DNA of 64,000 nt from Candidatus Bathyarchaeota archaeon (GTDB lineage: Archaea; Thermoproteota; Bathyarchaeia; Bathyarchaeales; Bathycorpusculaceae): contig CAVYXJ010000009.1 in assembly GCA_963772455.1 (NCBI GenBank), positions 64,001 through 128,000 on the forward strand, in the 5' to 3' direction. The translations under genes were made by a program, and so were the position numbers. Every line of letters starts with the position of its first letter. Position 1 is the first letter of the stretch. Of the stretch, positions 42,031 to 52,495 are shown piece by piece. The notes beneath the pieces were generated by a model, which saw nothing but the letters and a program-made list of their open reading frames with translations, was not told the origin of the DNA and searched no databases.

Positions 42031-42522
42031 TTATTGAATTCGCTTTGATAATTCAGCGATTTGACCTCTAAATTTTTCGCGCATTTGTGTGAAGCGCATG
42101 GCGGCCGATGGATGAACAACCTGAATATATTCGATGCCGTCTATTCTGGGAGTATCCTTTGCAGATGCACCAAGGAGCACTATTATTTTTGGTTTAATAA
42201 ATCTGATTTGAGTGATTAAATAAGGTAAGCAAGCTGCAACCTCGTCGGGGAAGGGTTTGCGGTTTTTTGGAGAAACATGCTTGACAATGTTGGTTATGAA
42301 GACATCTTCGCGTTTTATGCCAAATTCAGCGAGGGTTTTAGTCAGGTATTTTCCTGATCGACCAACAAACGGTCTACCCAACTCATCCTCATCCGCCCCA
42401 GGATTCTGCCCCACAAACATAACTTTAGCATGTAAAGGTCCCTCACCTGGCACGCCATGTTTAGCGCCTTGCCAGAGCCTGCATTTCTTGCAGTCATAAA
42501 TTTGTGTGTTAAATTCTTCCAT
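42031..42522 (-). CDS. udg: Uracil-DNA glycosylase, family 4
   Basis: CKKC.L, VGQNPG..ED..GRPFVGRSG, TNIVK and HPSA; ATG near 42522. Confidence 0.9.
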   Translation of the reverse strand: MEEFNTQIYDCKKCRLWQGAKHGVPGEGPLHAKVMFVGQNPGADEDELGRPFVGRSGKYLTKTLAEFGIKREDVFITNIVKHVSPKNRKPFPDEVAACLPYLITQIRFIKPKIIVLLGASAKDTPRIDGIEYIQVVHPSAAMRFTQMREKFRGQIAELSKRIQ

Positions 42523-42665
42523 TGATTGGTAACCGCCTTGTTGGTGGCTATTAACAGTCACGCAACCTTAAAAAACGCCGCTTAACTAATACTTAATCAA
42601 GTTCTTGTTGGTCAAAACAAGAAAAGATTTGGTATTTTTTAAACTAAATTTTACGAGGAAAAAAA

Positions 42666-42968
42666 ATGGCAAATGAAGAATCCGTTTCTGAATCTTTAAT
42701 CGGCAGCGCAGTTCGAGTTCTTATGAGGGTTGCTTTTGTCTTTGAACCTTTAGCGCCAACAGCAATCACGGTTTTGATGAATCAACAGTTGCATCGATTC
42801 AGGGAAGCAGGCAGAATCGGCGAGTACAAAACCCACACTAAACGCCTTGGAAAATTTCACTATCGAATTGTAATTGATTTAGACCTGACAGGAATGCAAA
42901 CAATCCATCTTTTGGGAAACTTATTTCCTAACCAATTAAGTCGTTATAGGAGGTGGTTCCATGAGTGA
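42666..42968 (+). CDS. Hypothetical protein
   Basis: ATG ORF with GAGG upstream; overlaps the next small ORF. Confidence 0.65.
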   Translation: MANEESVSESLIGSAVRVLMRVAFVFEPLAPTAITVLMNQQLHRFREAGRIGEYKTHTKRLGKFHYRIVIDLDLTGMQTIHLLGNLFPNQLSRYRRWFHE

Positions 42969-43113
42969 TATGACCGAAAAGAAAGGCAAAATGAAAGTAA
43001 CCGTCGAACTTGAAGTCAACGAGGAATTGATGGCTGTAGTTAAAGATGCAATGTCCAAAGCTTCAACAAAAATTCCTGAGATGATGAGGCGCGGCGGAGA
43101 AAACAAACAATAA
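42961..43113 (+). CDS. Small protein (50 aa), not in the ORF track
   Basis: AGGAGGTGG RBS, then MSDMTEKKGKMKVTVELEVNEELMAVVKDAMSKASTKIPEMMRRGGENKQ*. Confidence 0.7.
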   Translation: MSDMTEKKGKMKVTVELEVNEELMAVVKDAMSKASTKIPEMMRRGGENKQ

Positions 43114-43157
43114 TCCAACATATATTTCCATAATTTTTCTTATTTTTTGGATAATTT

Positions 43158-43400
43158 CTATGTTCTACTTGCTCGCTTTAGCACTTTGACAATTAAAGAG
43201 TCAAGAATTCGGCCAGCTTCTGCTTCTGCTTCTTTTGGATCGCGTATTTTTTTGGCGTGCTCAATAGCATGCGCTTCTAATGCTTCACTCATAAGTTTAA
43301 CGTTTGGAACCAACAGTATCTTTTGCCCACAAAAAGAACACCGAATTATGGGTAAACTTGGGCTTTCGTTAATTTTCTTCTCAGAGTTTCGAACTGGCAC
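43158..43400 (-). CDS. Small putative zinc-finger protein
   Basis: CSFC...H...H spacing (C2H2-like). Confidence 0.6.
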   Translation of the reverse strand: MPVRNSEKKINESPSLPIIRCSFCGQKILLVPNVKLMSEALEAHAIEHAKKIRDPKEAEAEAGRILDSLIVKVLKRASRT

Positions 43401-43620
43401 AGCATTTGACCTTCATTTTTTTTACTCAAGGTAACACTTGGTCTTTTTGTATAAAGGTTTATTTCCAAATTAACAAAATATTATCCATCTAAACCATCAT
43501 ACAGAAATCCAATAAGAAACGTCATGCCAAATGTTTTTTGGAGCCCAGCTTAAAAAATCTCCATTCACTCTCTATAGAAAGATTTTTACCACAAGCGAAC
43601 ACTTTCTTACAAGGATAAAT

Positions 43621-43932
43621 ATGAAGTTTTTAATTATACAAAAAATCAAACGTGAGGTTCCGATTGAAAAATGGGCAAAGCTACTTCCAATGCAATTCAA
43701 GTACTTTGAAAACCTCGAAAAGGAAAAAACCCTCGAAATTACATACCACCTAATCGGGCAACAAGGCAGCATGCTTATTGTTAACGTGGACTCAGATGAG
43801 AAACTTTCTAAAATCGTCGGTCAAGACCCCATGTTCTTTGATTCAGAACGCGAAATCTACCCTTTAACCACAAGGCAGAACCACGAAAAGCAAATCCGAG
43901 AACTTCTCAGACCAGAGCCTGCAGGTTTTTAA
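43621..43932 (+). CDS. Muconolactone isomerase/DUF3303-like small protein
   Basis: MKFLII...G...IVNVDS.E.L.......PMF.....EIYPL pattern. Confidence 0.6.
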   Translation: MKFLIIQKIKREVPIEKWAKLLPMQFKYFENLEKEKTLEITYHLIGQQGSMLIVNVDSDEKLSKIVGQDPMFFDSEREIYPLTTRQNHEKQIRELLRPEPAGF

Positions 43933-43934
43933 CC

Positions 43935-44489
43935 TTGGGCTGCCACGGAGGCTTTATCCTTGATGATGCCACAAGACGATCCTGGTATAGTCCCGAAGCC
44001 ATCTTACAAAACCTTAGATCAGGCATGATTTTCATGGATATTGGCTGTGGCGAAGGCTTTTTTAGTGTTCTAGCTGCAAAAAAAGTAGGCACTACTGGAA
44101 AAGTTTATGCTGTAGATGTCGATGCTTCAGCGATTGAAAAACTTGAACAAAAAACTAAAGCTGAAGGCTTAAAGAACATCGTTACGAAAATTGGGAAAGC
44201 TGAGGACACAGTTTTCTGCCAGGGATGTGCCGATTTCATTTTTTATGGTATGGATCTTCATGATTTCTCTGACCCAGCCAAAGTCCTTAAAAACGCGAAA
44301 CAAATGATGAAAGTAAATGGACAACTAATTGATTTGGACTGGAAAAAAATGAACATGTCATTTGGTCCGCCAGTTGCCATTAGGTTCAACGAGGAAAAAG
44401 CATCGGATTTGTTGCGTTCAGCTGGGTTCACTGTTACCGACATTAGAAATATTGGTCCTTATCACTATCTTATTGTTGCAAAGACTTAA
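43935..44489 (+). CDS. Class I SAM-dependent methyltransferase
   Basis: DIGCGEG, VYAVD, LH...DP and DW.K....GPP...R motifs. Confidence 0.88.
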   Translation: MGCHGGFILDDATRRSWYSPEAILQNLRSGMIFMDIGCGEGFFSVLAAKKVGTTGKVYAVDVDASAIEKLEQKTKAEGLKNIVTKIGKAEDTVFCQGCADFIFYGMDLHDFSDPAKVLKNAKQMMKVNGQLIDLDWKKMNMSFGPPVAIRFNEEKASDLLRSAGFTVTDIRNIGPYHYLIVAKT

Positions 44490-44493
44490 TTGA

Positions 44494-45123
44494 TTACTCT
44501 ATATTTGCATAAAGTTCAAGCAAATCGCGCTTAAATCTGTCTGGCTCGTCTTTGTATGCGGAGTGGTTGGCGTTTTCGTAGATAACAAGTTTTGCATTGG
44601 GTAATCTATCAGCTAAAACCCTCATGTCTTCGCTTGAAATTATGTTATCTTGGGAACCCCAAATTATAGTTGTTGAAAACTTGAATTCGCCATAAACCTG
44701 CAATAAATCTGGCTCAAGGACCCTTGCAGGTCCAATAAGCAACAAACCTTTTACTGGAAACTTTGAAGCATACCTAAGCGCCATGTTCCCTCCTATACTC
44801 GCACCTACAAGAACGGGCGTAATATCTCCAAACACAGTTTTGACTGCTTCGTTCACATAGGCTATGTTTTTTTCTGGACTGCGGGTTTTTGGTTGGCATT
44901 GACTTTTTAAACCGTAAGGCATGTCCAATGCTAAAAAGGGTATTCGTTTTTTCATTAAATAATCTAAGATACCTATTCTTTGCCAAATGTCGGGAGTATA
45001 GGATAAGCCGTGCAGGAAAACGATTGGAACGCCAGATGCAGTGTAGTATAAAGCTGGGCACTTATGGTCCGCAACGTTTAATGTTTTCTCCAAAATGGAA
45101 CTCTCCAAGTTTGTTATGCACAA
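44494..45123 (-). CDS. Alpha/beta hydrolase (ABHD14-like)
   Basis: FLHG, GASIGG nucleophile elbow, WGSQD and H.AY. Confidence 0.88.
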   Translation of the reverse strand: MCITNLESSILEKTLNVADHKCPALYYTASGVPIVFLHGLSYTPDIWQRIGILDYLMKKRIPFLALDMPYGLKSQCQPKTRSPEKNIAYVNEAVKTVFGDITPVLVGASIGGNMALRYASKFPVKGLLLIGPARVLEPDLLQVYGEFKFSTTIIWGSQDNIISSEDMRVLADRLPNAKLVIYENANHSAYKDEPDRFKRDLLELYANIE

Positions 45124-45201
45124 AGAGTCTTATAATAGTTAATTTTTAATTTGCGAAAAGAATAATAGCCTTAAAATGTCACTCTTAATTGGCGGATTTT
45201 T

Positions 45202-45678
45202 TTGGCAGTTAAAGTAGGCGATAAAGCACCTGATTTCAAACTCCAATCTCAAATGGGAGACGATGTCAGGCTCTCAGAGTTTTTTGGCAAAAAAAATATA
45301 GTCTTGTATTTTTACCCTAAAGATGAAACAACCGGTTGTACAAAAGAAGCCTGTACCTTTAGAGATAACTATGAGGAACTAACCAAGTTGGATGCTGAAG
45401 TGATTGGTGTAAGTGGGCAAAGCGTCGAATCTCACAAATCCTTCGCCAGCCATCATGGATTGCCGTTTATTCTTCTCAGCGACGAGGGCAATAAGGTTCG
45501 GGAACTTTATGGTGTTCCTTCGAGTATGGGCATTATTCCTGGGCGTGTCACTTACATCATCGACAAGAGTGGCGTGGTTCGTCACATTTTCAATTCCCAA
45601 ACTCAAGCTCAGAAGCATGTGGATGAAGCTAAGAAAACCTTATTGGAAATATTGAAAGAAGAAAATCTAAAAGCTTAA
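45202..45678 (+). CDS. bcp: Peroxiredoxin, BCP/PrxQ family
   Basis: GDKAPDF, YFYPKDET.GCTKEAC.FRD and R.TYIID motifs. Confidence 0.95.
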   Translation: MAVKVGDKAPDFKLQSQMGDDVRLSEFFGKKNIVLYFYPKDETTGCTKEACTFRDNYEELTKLDAEVIGVSGQSVESHKSFASHHGLPFILLSDEGNKVRELYGVPSSMGIIPGRVTYIIDKSGVVRHIFNSQTQAQKHVDEAKKTLLEILKEENLKA

Positions 45679-45692
45679 GCGGAGATCAACAA

Positions 45693-46928
45693 TTGCTGAA
45701 CTTATTCAATACGTTAACACAGAAGAACGAGACCTTCAAGATTGGAGAAGACATGCAGGTCAAAATGTACACCTGCGGACCATCCACCTATCAACCAGCT
45801 CATATCGGAAACTACCGTACATTCCTTTTCGAAGACATTCTTCAACGTTACATGGAATACTTGGGCTACAATGTAAAGCGCGTGATGACGCTCACCGATG
45901 TTGAAGACAAAGCTATTGACCAAGCAAAAAAAGAAAACCTCACAGTTGAAGAGTTAACAAGGAAAAACGAAGCTGTTTTCTTCAAAGACTTCAAGTTTTT
46001 GAAAATCAAAAAGCCCCAATACCCAATAAGGGCTTCGGCGGCGGTAGATCAGGCAACATATTTAATTTCTCAACTCATGGATGCCGGTTACGCTTATCTT
46101 TACGAATATAAGGGTGCAAAAAACGTTTATTTTGACCCACTAAAATTCAAAAGATTTGGAAAACTCGCTCATCTTGACATGAGCAAATGGCCAAAGAAAA
46201 AACGTCGTTTCCACAAAGATACTTACCCCGGTACACCATGGAACAAGGGAGATTTTGTGCTTTGGCACGGTTGTAAAAATGGGAATTCGTGTTACCAAAC
46301 ATCAATTGGAAACGGTCGCCCCGCATGGAATATTCAAGACGCAGCAATTGTCACTAAACAATTGGGATTCACGGTCGATGTTGGGTGCGGTGGAATCGAC
46401 AATTTAGTTAGGCACCACGATTATACGATAGCAGTTGCGGAGGCGGTTTCAGCAAAGCAGTTTTCGAGATTCTGGCTTCATGGCGGACACCTGTTTGTTG
46501 AGGGCAAAAAAATGTCCAAAAGTAGGGGAAACGTGTATTACCCAAGTGAACTTTTGGCAAAAGGTTTCAGCGGCAGTCAGTTGAGGTTCTTTCTTATATA
46601 TGGACCTTATAGGAAAAAACTTAACTTCACATTCGATAAGTTATTTCAGACAACTCAGAAACTGAATACGTTAAAAAACATGGTTAACGAATTGCAAAAT
46701 ACAAAATCATTTAACCAAACTGAAAAGCATGAAACACTAATCAGCAAAATTATACCTAATTTTGAAAGTTACATGAATAATGACTTAGATGTGAAATCTG
46801 CTTTTGACAGCTTAACCGAAACAATCACGAAATTATATGCAAAACGAACCACTTTGAGCTCAAAAGAAATAAAAAACTTGATGATTGAATTGGAAAAAGT
46901 TGATAATGTACTGCAATGTATCTTTTAG
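45693..46928 (+). CDS. Cysteinyl-tRNA synthetase paralog with altered Zn/Cys site and no anticodon-binding C-domain
   Basis: YTCGP..Y..AHIGN, TD..DK, DFVLW, KMSKS and a DALR-like helix. WHIEC is replaced by WNIQD and FPHHENE by VRHHDYT; the protein ends at 411 aa. Confidence 0.85.
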   Translation: MLNLFNTLTQKNETFKIGEDMQVKMYTCGPSTYQPAHIGNYRTFLFEDILQRYMEYLGYNVKRVMTLTDVEDKAIDQAKKENLTVEELTRKNEAVFFKDFKFLKIKKPQYPIRASAAVDQATYLISQLMDAGYAYLYEYKGAKNVYFDPLKFKRFGKLAHLDMSKWPKKKRRFHKDTYPGTPWNKGDFVLWHGCKNGNSCYQTSIGNGRPAWNIQDAAIVTKQLGFTVDVGCGGIDNLVRHHDYTIAVAEAVSAKQFSRFWLHGGHLFVEGKKMSKSRGNVYYPSELLAKGFSGSQLRFFLIYGPYRKKLNFTFDKLFQTTQKLNTLKNMVNELQNTKSFNQTEKHETLISKIIPNFESYMNNDLDVKSAFDSLTETITKLYAKRTTLSSKEIKNLMIELEKVDNVLQCIF

Positions 46929-46933
46929 CGACC

Positions 46934-47173
46934 TTAAACTAGATCGCCAACTAACTTTATCCTGTTAAAAGTTTCTTCGCGGTGAGGAGCCATTTCAAGT
47001 TCTTCTGTTAAGTCTTTGCCTGCATCATGCATACCCATGTGTTCTCCTTCCATCCAGAAACTGCTATCTGTGACTTCATAGACTTTACCCTGAAAAGCAA
47101 AGTAAGCTGGTTTGCCATTCTTACCGTTATTCTGTGCTAATTCTTGACGCGTTATCTTTTTTTGTTCTGACAA
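46934..47173 (-). CDS. Cytochrome b5-like heme/steroid-binding protein
   Basis: EL...NGK.GKPAY.A..G.VY.VT.S..W..G.H...H.AG.DLT...APH pattern. Confidence 0.9.
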   Translation of the reverse strand: MSEQKKITRQELAQNNGKNGKPAYFAFQGKVYEVTDSSFWMEGEHMGMHDAGKDLTEELEMAPHREETFNRIKLVGDLV

Positions 47174-47242
47174 AAATTCACCTTTCCGTTACTTTTTTAA
47201 AGTCTGAAGAAGGCTTTAAATGTTTTCAAGCTTGAAAAAAAA

Positions 47243-48307
47243 TCAATTTCTCATACTGGGTCCGTTTGAAGATTGATAAACCGCGTTTATGTTGATGTTG
47301 CCTAAGTTTGTTCTGGTGTTTATTTCAATATTGTTTGAGGCGGGGTAATTGTCAGATTGGATGGGGGATTGATTACCTGAAAAATGTTGAACATCTAAAT
47401 GTTCACTTCCAAGGTTAGTTTGTGAAATAATTTTGGCTCCAACGTCATTATCGATTTGTAAAGCAATGTTTATTGTACCCAATTGCGTGATAGCGTTCGT
47501 TTGAAGGCTTCCTTTCAATGTCTTAGTTTGAGTTATATCTATTCCAATTGAACCAGCATTTGAATGCAAGGTAACCGTTTGGTTGCCTAAAAGAGACACT
47601 TGGTGCACTCCAAAATTAATTGTTCCAGCCTGAGTAATAAGAGATACTTCACCTTCGATTGTGGCATTTTGTAGGTTTGCCTGAACTTCACCCGCATTTG
47701 AATGAAGGTTTATGGACAGAAAAGTTGCTGATTTATCTCCTGTTAGGGTGACTGATCCAGATTGAGTGGTTACATTAATGTTTAGTTTTAAGGCTGGATT
47801 AATGTAGATAGAACAAGTTAAGTGAATGTTTCCAGTAGGAAACCCTTCAGTCTCAGTTACTTTTGAGTTAATTGTTAACACATTATCTTGGGTTTGGTTG
47901 GTGAAGGTTACCTCGATGGGGGTGGCTGAGCCGAATATACTTCTTGTCCCATTTGCAGAAGTATTGATTAATATATTTTGATTGTTAATAATTTGGGTTA
48001 TTATGGTTACTTGTGCAGTGTTCGCTTGAAAGTTTAGGTTAAGAGTATTGATGCCAGATTGGCCATTTTGGTTTGTTTGGTTAAAGTTAACAGGTGAGAA
48101 AGGAGCAAAAATAATGGCGCTCGCAATTACGCCTACTAACAAAATTGCGATTAATACAGTGGCAGCTATTACTAAGGGCTCTTTTCTTAACGGTCTACTA
48201 AGCTTTACTGGTGCCTCAGGAGAAAATGTTACAATTGGAGTTCCACATTTCTGGCAGAAACGTGCATAATCATCAAGTTTAGCTCCGCATTTACGACAAT
48301 ATGGCAA
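47243..48307 (-). CDS. Zinc-ribbon, TM and DUF4097-like beta-strand-repeat surface protein
   Basis: CRKCG...FCQKCG, a TM helix, then repeated T/S-N-x-G-x-I/V units. Confidence 0.8.
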   Translation of the reverse strand: MPYCRKCGAKLDDYARFCQKCGTPIVTFSPEAPVKLSRPLRKEPLVIAATVLIAILLVGVIASAIIFAPFSPVNFNQTNQNGQSGINTLNLNFQANTAQVTIITQIINNQNILINTSANGTRSIFGSATPIEVTFTNQTQDNVLTINSKVTETEGFPTGNIHLTCSIYINPALKLNINVTTQSGSVTLTGDKSATFLSINLHSNAGEVQANLQNATIEGEVSLITQAGTINFGVHQVSLLGNQTVTLHSNAGSIGIDITQTKTLKGSLQTNAITQLGTINIALQIDNDVGAKIISQTNLGSEHLDVQHFSGNQSPIQSDNYPASNNIEINTRTNLGNININAVYQSSNGPSMRN

Positions 48308-49084
48308 AACGAAACCTCAAATTACACGGTACGCGCCTTACAAATTTAAGGTTTATCAAAACATCTGAAATGCAAGTATCTCCATCAAAATCTTGACCAA
48401 CCCCTTAAGTGATTTAGCGATGATCAAATACGATGATCCAAAAAAAATTTGTATCCTAATTTGCCCTAACCCAAACAGCCTCTCAGCGGTAAACTCAAAT
48501 CATACCTTTTTCAAATCTAGTTCAGAGTTAGAATTGCCTTTCAAAAATCACAGTGCCAGGTTATCGGGATAACGCCGAACGCTGGGGCAAATTCAAATCA
48601 AGCAACAACACAAAAAGGTCGTTCAAGAAGCAAACATCGCCGACCTAACAGTTACGAAAATAATCCACAAAAAAATCCAAAGAAGATAATGATGATGAAG
48701 ATGATGAAACAACACTTTTTCGCAACAGCATCATCTTTCAAATCAACCACTGTTTACCTACATTGAATCGTCAACTTCCATAACTTCAAAAAAAGAACCA
48801 AATTTAAGTTGCACTCTCCTCATTAAGGGGATAGTTTTTCTTCCTTACATGTCGCCCTTAGCTTTTTCATTCTATGGCTTTCTGTGACTTTTCCAGACGC
48901 ATTCTGCAAAAGCCATTAAGCCTAAAACAGAAAAGCAATCCAAAAAAAGATATCTCAAAAATGAAAATTCCACTCTTCTTCTTCTCTTAAAAAGAAAAAT
49001 TTTGAAGAATTATTTTCCTTTCTTAATGATGATGTTATAGGTATTTTAATAAGGTTGACGTTTAACGATTTTGTTGTGATACCT

Positions 49085-50781
49085 GTGTCTGAAAAAGTTC
49101 TCGTTACATCAGCTTGGCCATACATCAATGTTACCCCACATCTAGGCAACCTTGTCGGCTCAGTCTTATCTGCTGACGTTACAGCCCGCTACTATAGACT
49201 AAAAGGTAGTGACGTTTTAATGGTAAGCGGTTCAGATACACATGGCACCCCAATCGAAGTAGAAGCCATCAAACAGGGCATCAAACCAAAAGAATTAACA
49301 GACCGCAATCACGCAAAAGTCGCAGACCTTTTCCGCCGATGGGATGCTTCCTTTGACAACTACACAAGCACAGAAAGCCCAATCCACAAAGAATTCGTCC
49401 AAAAAACCCTTCTCGAAATCCAGAAAAACGGTTACATCTTCGAGCAAGACACTCAAATGCTCTACTGCGAACATGACCAGAGATTCTTGCCTGACCGCTT
49501 CGTAGAAGGCAAATGCCCTTACTGCGGCTGTGAGAAAGCCCGAGGCGACCAATGCGACTATATGTGGCAAACTTTTGGAGCCAACTTTACTGGTAGAACC
49601 GTACTGTGTCATATGCAAAAGCAAACCTATTGTAAAAAATACTACGGCACTGGTACATCGACCTCTCTAAACTCGCCGAACCATTAGCAGAGTACCTCAA
49701 AGAAAATCAACAACTGCCTACAAACGTTAAGAACTTCAGTTTAAACTGGATAAAAGAAGGATTAAAACCTAGAGCAGTCACTCGTGACATTGAATGGGGC
49801 ATTCCGGCTCCGTTTGTAGGTGCAGAAGGCAAGACCATCTACGTTTGGGTAGATGCTGTGTTAGGTTATGTTTCTGCAACAATTGAGCAATGTCAACGCT
49901 TGGGGCAGGCTGAGAAGTGGAAAGAATTCTGGTTTGATAAAAAAGCTAAAACCCTTTACTTCGTTGGTAAAGATAACATTCCCTTCCACACTATAATTTT
50001 ACCAGCGCTTTTGTTGGCTTCAGGTCAAGGCTACAATCTACCCTGGAATGTTTCTGCAACCGAATTTCTTCAGTTTAAAGGCCAAAAAGCTTCCAAAAGC
50101 CAAAGAGTAGGCATATGGATAGACGAAGCCCTTGAGATGTTCCCCGTTGATTACTGGCGTTTCTTCCTAATTGCTACAAGACCTGAAAGCAAAGACACCA
50201 ACTTTACATGGACAGCATTTATGGAGAAAATCAACTCTGACTTCAACGACACATTCGGCAACTTCATTCACCGAACCCTTTCATTCATCAACAGCAAATT
50301 CGACGGGTTAATCCCAGAACCAACCAAACTTGATAAAGACGACGAAGCCGTACTGCAGGTCTTAAAAGAGAAAGTGGGGCAAGCAGCAAAAGAAATTGAG
50401 GATTCATGGCTACAATCCGCCGCCAATACGCTCGTCGGAATAAGCCGTATTGGCAATCAATATCTAAATACCAAGGAACCCTGGAATCTCATGAAGACCG
50501 ACAAGGAGCGTGCGGGAACTATTTTTTATGTTGCTGCTCAGGTCGTTAAGGCAATCGCCGTTGTTTCAGAACCTTTCATACCACAGACGGCACAGCAACT
50601 TTGGCAAACACTAAATCTTGCTGGAAACAGTCGACAAAAGTAATTGGAATGAAGCATTAAAACACTCGAGGCGAGACACAAAATCAATAAACCCACACCA
50701 CTATTCCACAAAATTGACTCAGACGAAATAAAACTTGAAGAAATGCTTGAGCAGATTCGAGCAAAGACACCTCCAAAATAG
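49085..50781 (+). CDS. metG: Methionyl-tRNA synthetase; three frameshifts near 49560, 49645 and 50630
   Basis: [52 protein letters not shown] and KASKS across frames. Confidence 0.95.
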
Positions 50782-50792
50782 GAGGCTTATTA

Positions 50793-51455
50793 ATGCAGAT
50801 AAAAGCTGATCTCCACGTTCATACAACATACTCAAAAGATTCCTTGATAACTCCAAAAGACCTTATTTTTTACGCGAAGAAACGCGGTTTAAATGCTGTA
50901 GCAGTCACTGACCATAACGAGCTGGAAGGTGCTTACAAAATCGCTAAAGAAACGGATTTTTTAATTATTCCAGGAATGGAGGTTTCCAGTGCTGATGGGC
51001 ATATAGTTGCACTTAATGTAAATGAGTTAATTCCAAGGGGTTTTAGCGCAGTCGAAACGGTAGAGCGAATTCACAGGGCAGGAGGAGTAGCCATCGCATG
51101 CCACCCATATGTCCTTTTCAAAGGTTGCCTTCGGGAAAAAGTCTGCTCATCCTTTGACGCCATCGAAACCATAAATGCACGAGCATTCCCATTCAAAAAC
51201 AGCATGAAAAAAGCTGAGGAAGCTGCGGAACGCCTGAAGTTATCGCGAGTTGCTGGAACGGACGCTCATTATGGTCCACAAATCGGTTACAGTTATACGG
51301 TTATCGAAACCTCGAAACCCACAGTTGAAGCCATCGCTAAATCCATCGTTAATGGTCAATGCCAACCTTTTGGTCAGCCAGTTCCGCCAATCATAAACAT
51401 GAAGCAGCAGTTTTTGAGGTTAAAGCGAATGGCTAAAAAATTCAGCCACATCTAA
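50793..51455 (+). CDS. PHP-domain metal-dependent phosphoesterase
   Basis: DLHVHT, TDHN, GMEVS, GH, HP and GTDAH motifs. Confidence 0.92.
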   Translation: MQIKADLHVHTTYSKDSLITPKDLIFYAKKRGLNAVAVTDHNELEGAYKIAKETDFLIIPGMEVSSADGHIVALNVNELIPRGFSAVETVERIHRAGGVAIACHPYVLFKGCLREKVCSSFDAIETINARAFPFKNSMKKAEEAAERLKLSRVAGTDAHYGPQIGYSYTVIETSKPTVEAIAKSIVNGQCQPFGQPVPPIINMKQQFLRLKRMAKKFSHI

Positions 51456-51498
51456 AACCATTATAAATCTGCAATAAAAGAATTTCAATATTGAAAGA

Positions 51499-52227
51499 TT
51501 ATTTTTTGGATTTAAGCCGGAAAACCAACATATCCAAACCCATCTTACCTGCTTCTCGAACAGGATTTACCTTTGAGACACCGATATCTCTTTCAGCCCA
51601 TTGAACCGCCACCTCAACCACAGGAAACCCAAGCTGTTTGCAACGTACAATCATTTCTGTGTCAAAGAAGTAACCATCGGATTTGGAAACGTTCAACACT
51701 GCCTCTGCAACTTCACGACTCATCGTTTTGAAGCCACATTGGTGGTCATGGACGCCATCGAGAAAAAGCAATCTCACAGCCAAATTGTAAGTTAAACTAA
51801 ACAATGTTCGTGAAACTCGACGTTGAACACGCGACCCTGTAATATGTCGGGAACCAATTGCCATTCCCCCGTTTTCTTTTACAACTCGTAGAAGTTGTGG
51901 TAAACATTCAAGATTAGTTGCTAAGTCTACATCCATGAAAGTTATAATTTTACCATTAGAGGAACTCAAAGCGTTTTTGATGCCTTTTCCTTTGCCTAAA
52001 CGGGATGGTGAATGCAGAAGTACAAGATTTGGGTTGATCTTAGCCATTTTTTTAACGATGATGTCGGTGCCGTCGGTGCTTCCGTCTTCGGAAACGATTA
52101 TCTCGTAAGATTTGGAAAAGGACTTGACCGCTTCTTCAACTTTGCGTACGCACATTTCAATCTGCGCTGCCTCGTTGAAGGCTGGCAGAAGAATCGATAA
52201 TTCTTTGTTAGGCACCCCACTCTTCAA
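51499..52227 (-). CDS. GT2 glycosyltransferase, dolichyl-phosphate glucosyltransferase-like
   Basis: PAFNE, EDGSTDGT, GKG, DVD, GSR, DHQCGFK and FDTE motifs. Confidence 0.9.
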   Translation of the reverse strand: MKSGVPNKELSILLPAFNEAAQIEMCVRKVEEAVKSFSKSYEIIVSEDGSTDGTDIIVKKMAKINPNLVLLHSPSRLGKGKGIKNALSSSNGKIITFMDVDLATNLECLPQLLRVVKENGGMAIGSRHITGSRVQRRVSRTLFSLTYNLAVRLLFLDGVHDHQCGFKTMSREVAEAVLNVSKSDGYFFDTEMIVRCKQLGFPVVEVAVQWAERDIGVSKVNPVREAGKMGLDMLVFRLKSKK

Positions 52228-52495
52228 TACGATTCAACCTTACCCGAACTGGAAAAACAAACGATTCTATACCATAAATGAATTGTGTATTTTCCCCCAA
52301 AACTCATACTGCAGCTTTTTGAAGGTTATCACAAACTCTTTTTAAATACAGCCACTAATTCTCACTCCTTGAAGGGGTCGCTAAAACATTACCTCAACCA
52401 TTGATGCCAGCGGTCAGCCGCCAATTGGAAAAGCGAAGCTAGGTCATCGACTCAAAAGCAATCTAAGTCGTCAATGTCAAGTAACTCTTGCATTC

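Noticed and set aside
49550-50650. metG as a true pseudogene
   Set aside because: It is an essential gene with all motifs intact across frames, so sequencing indels are more plausible.
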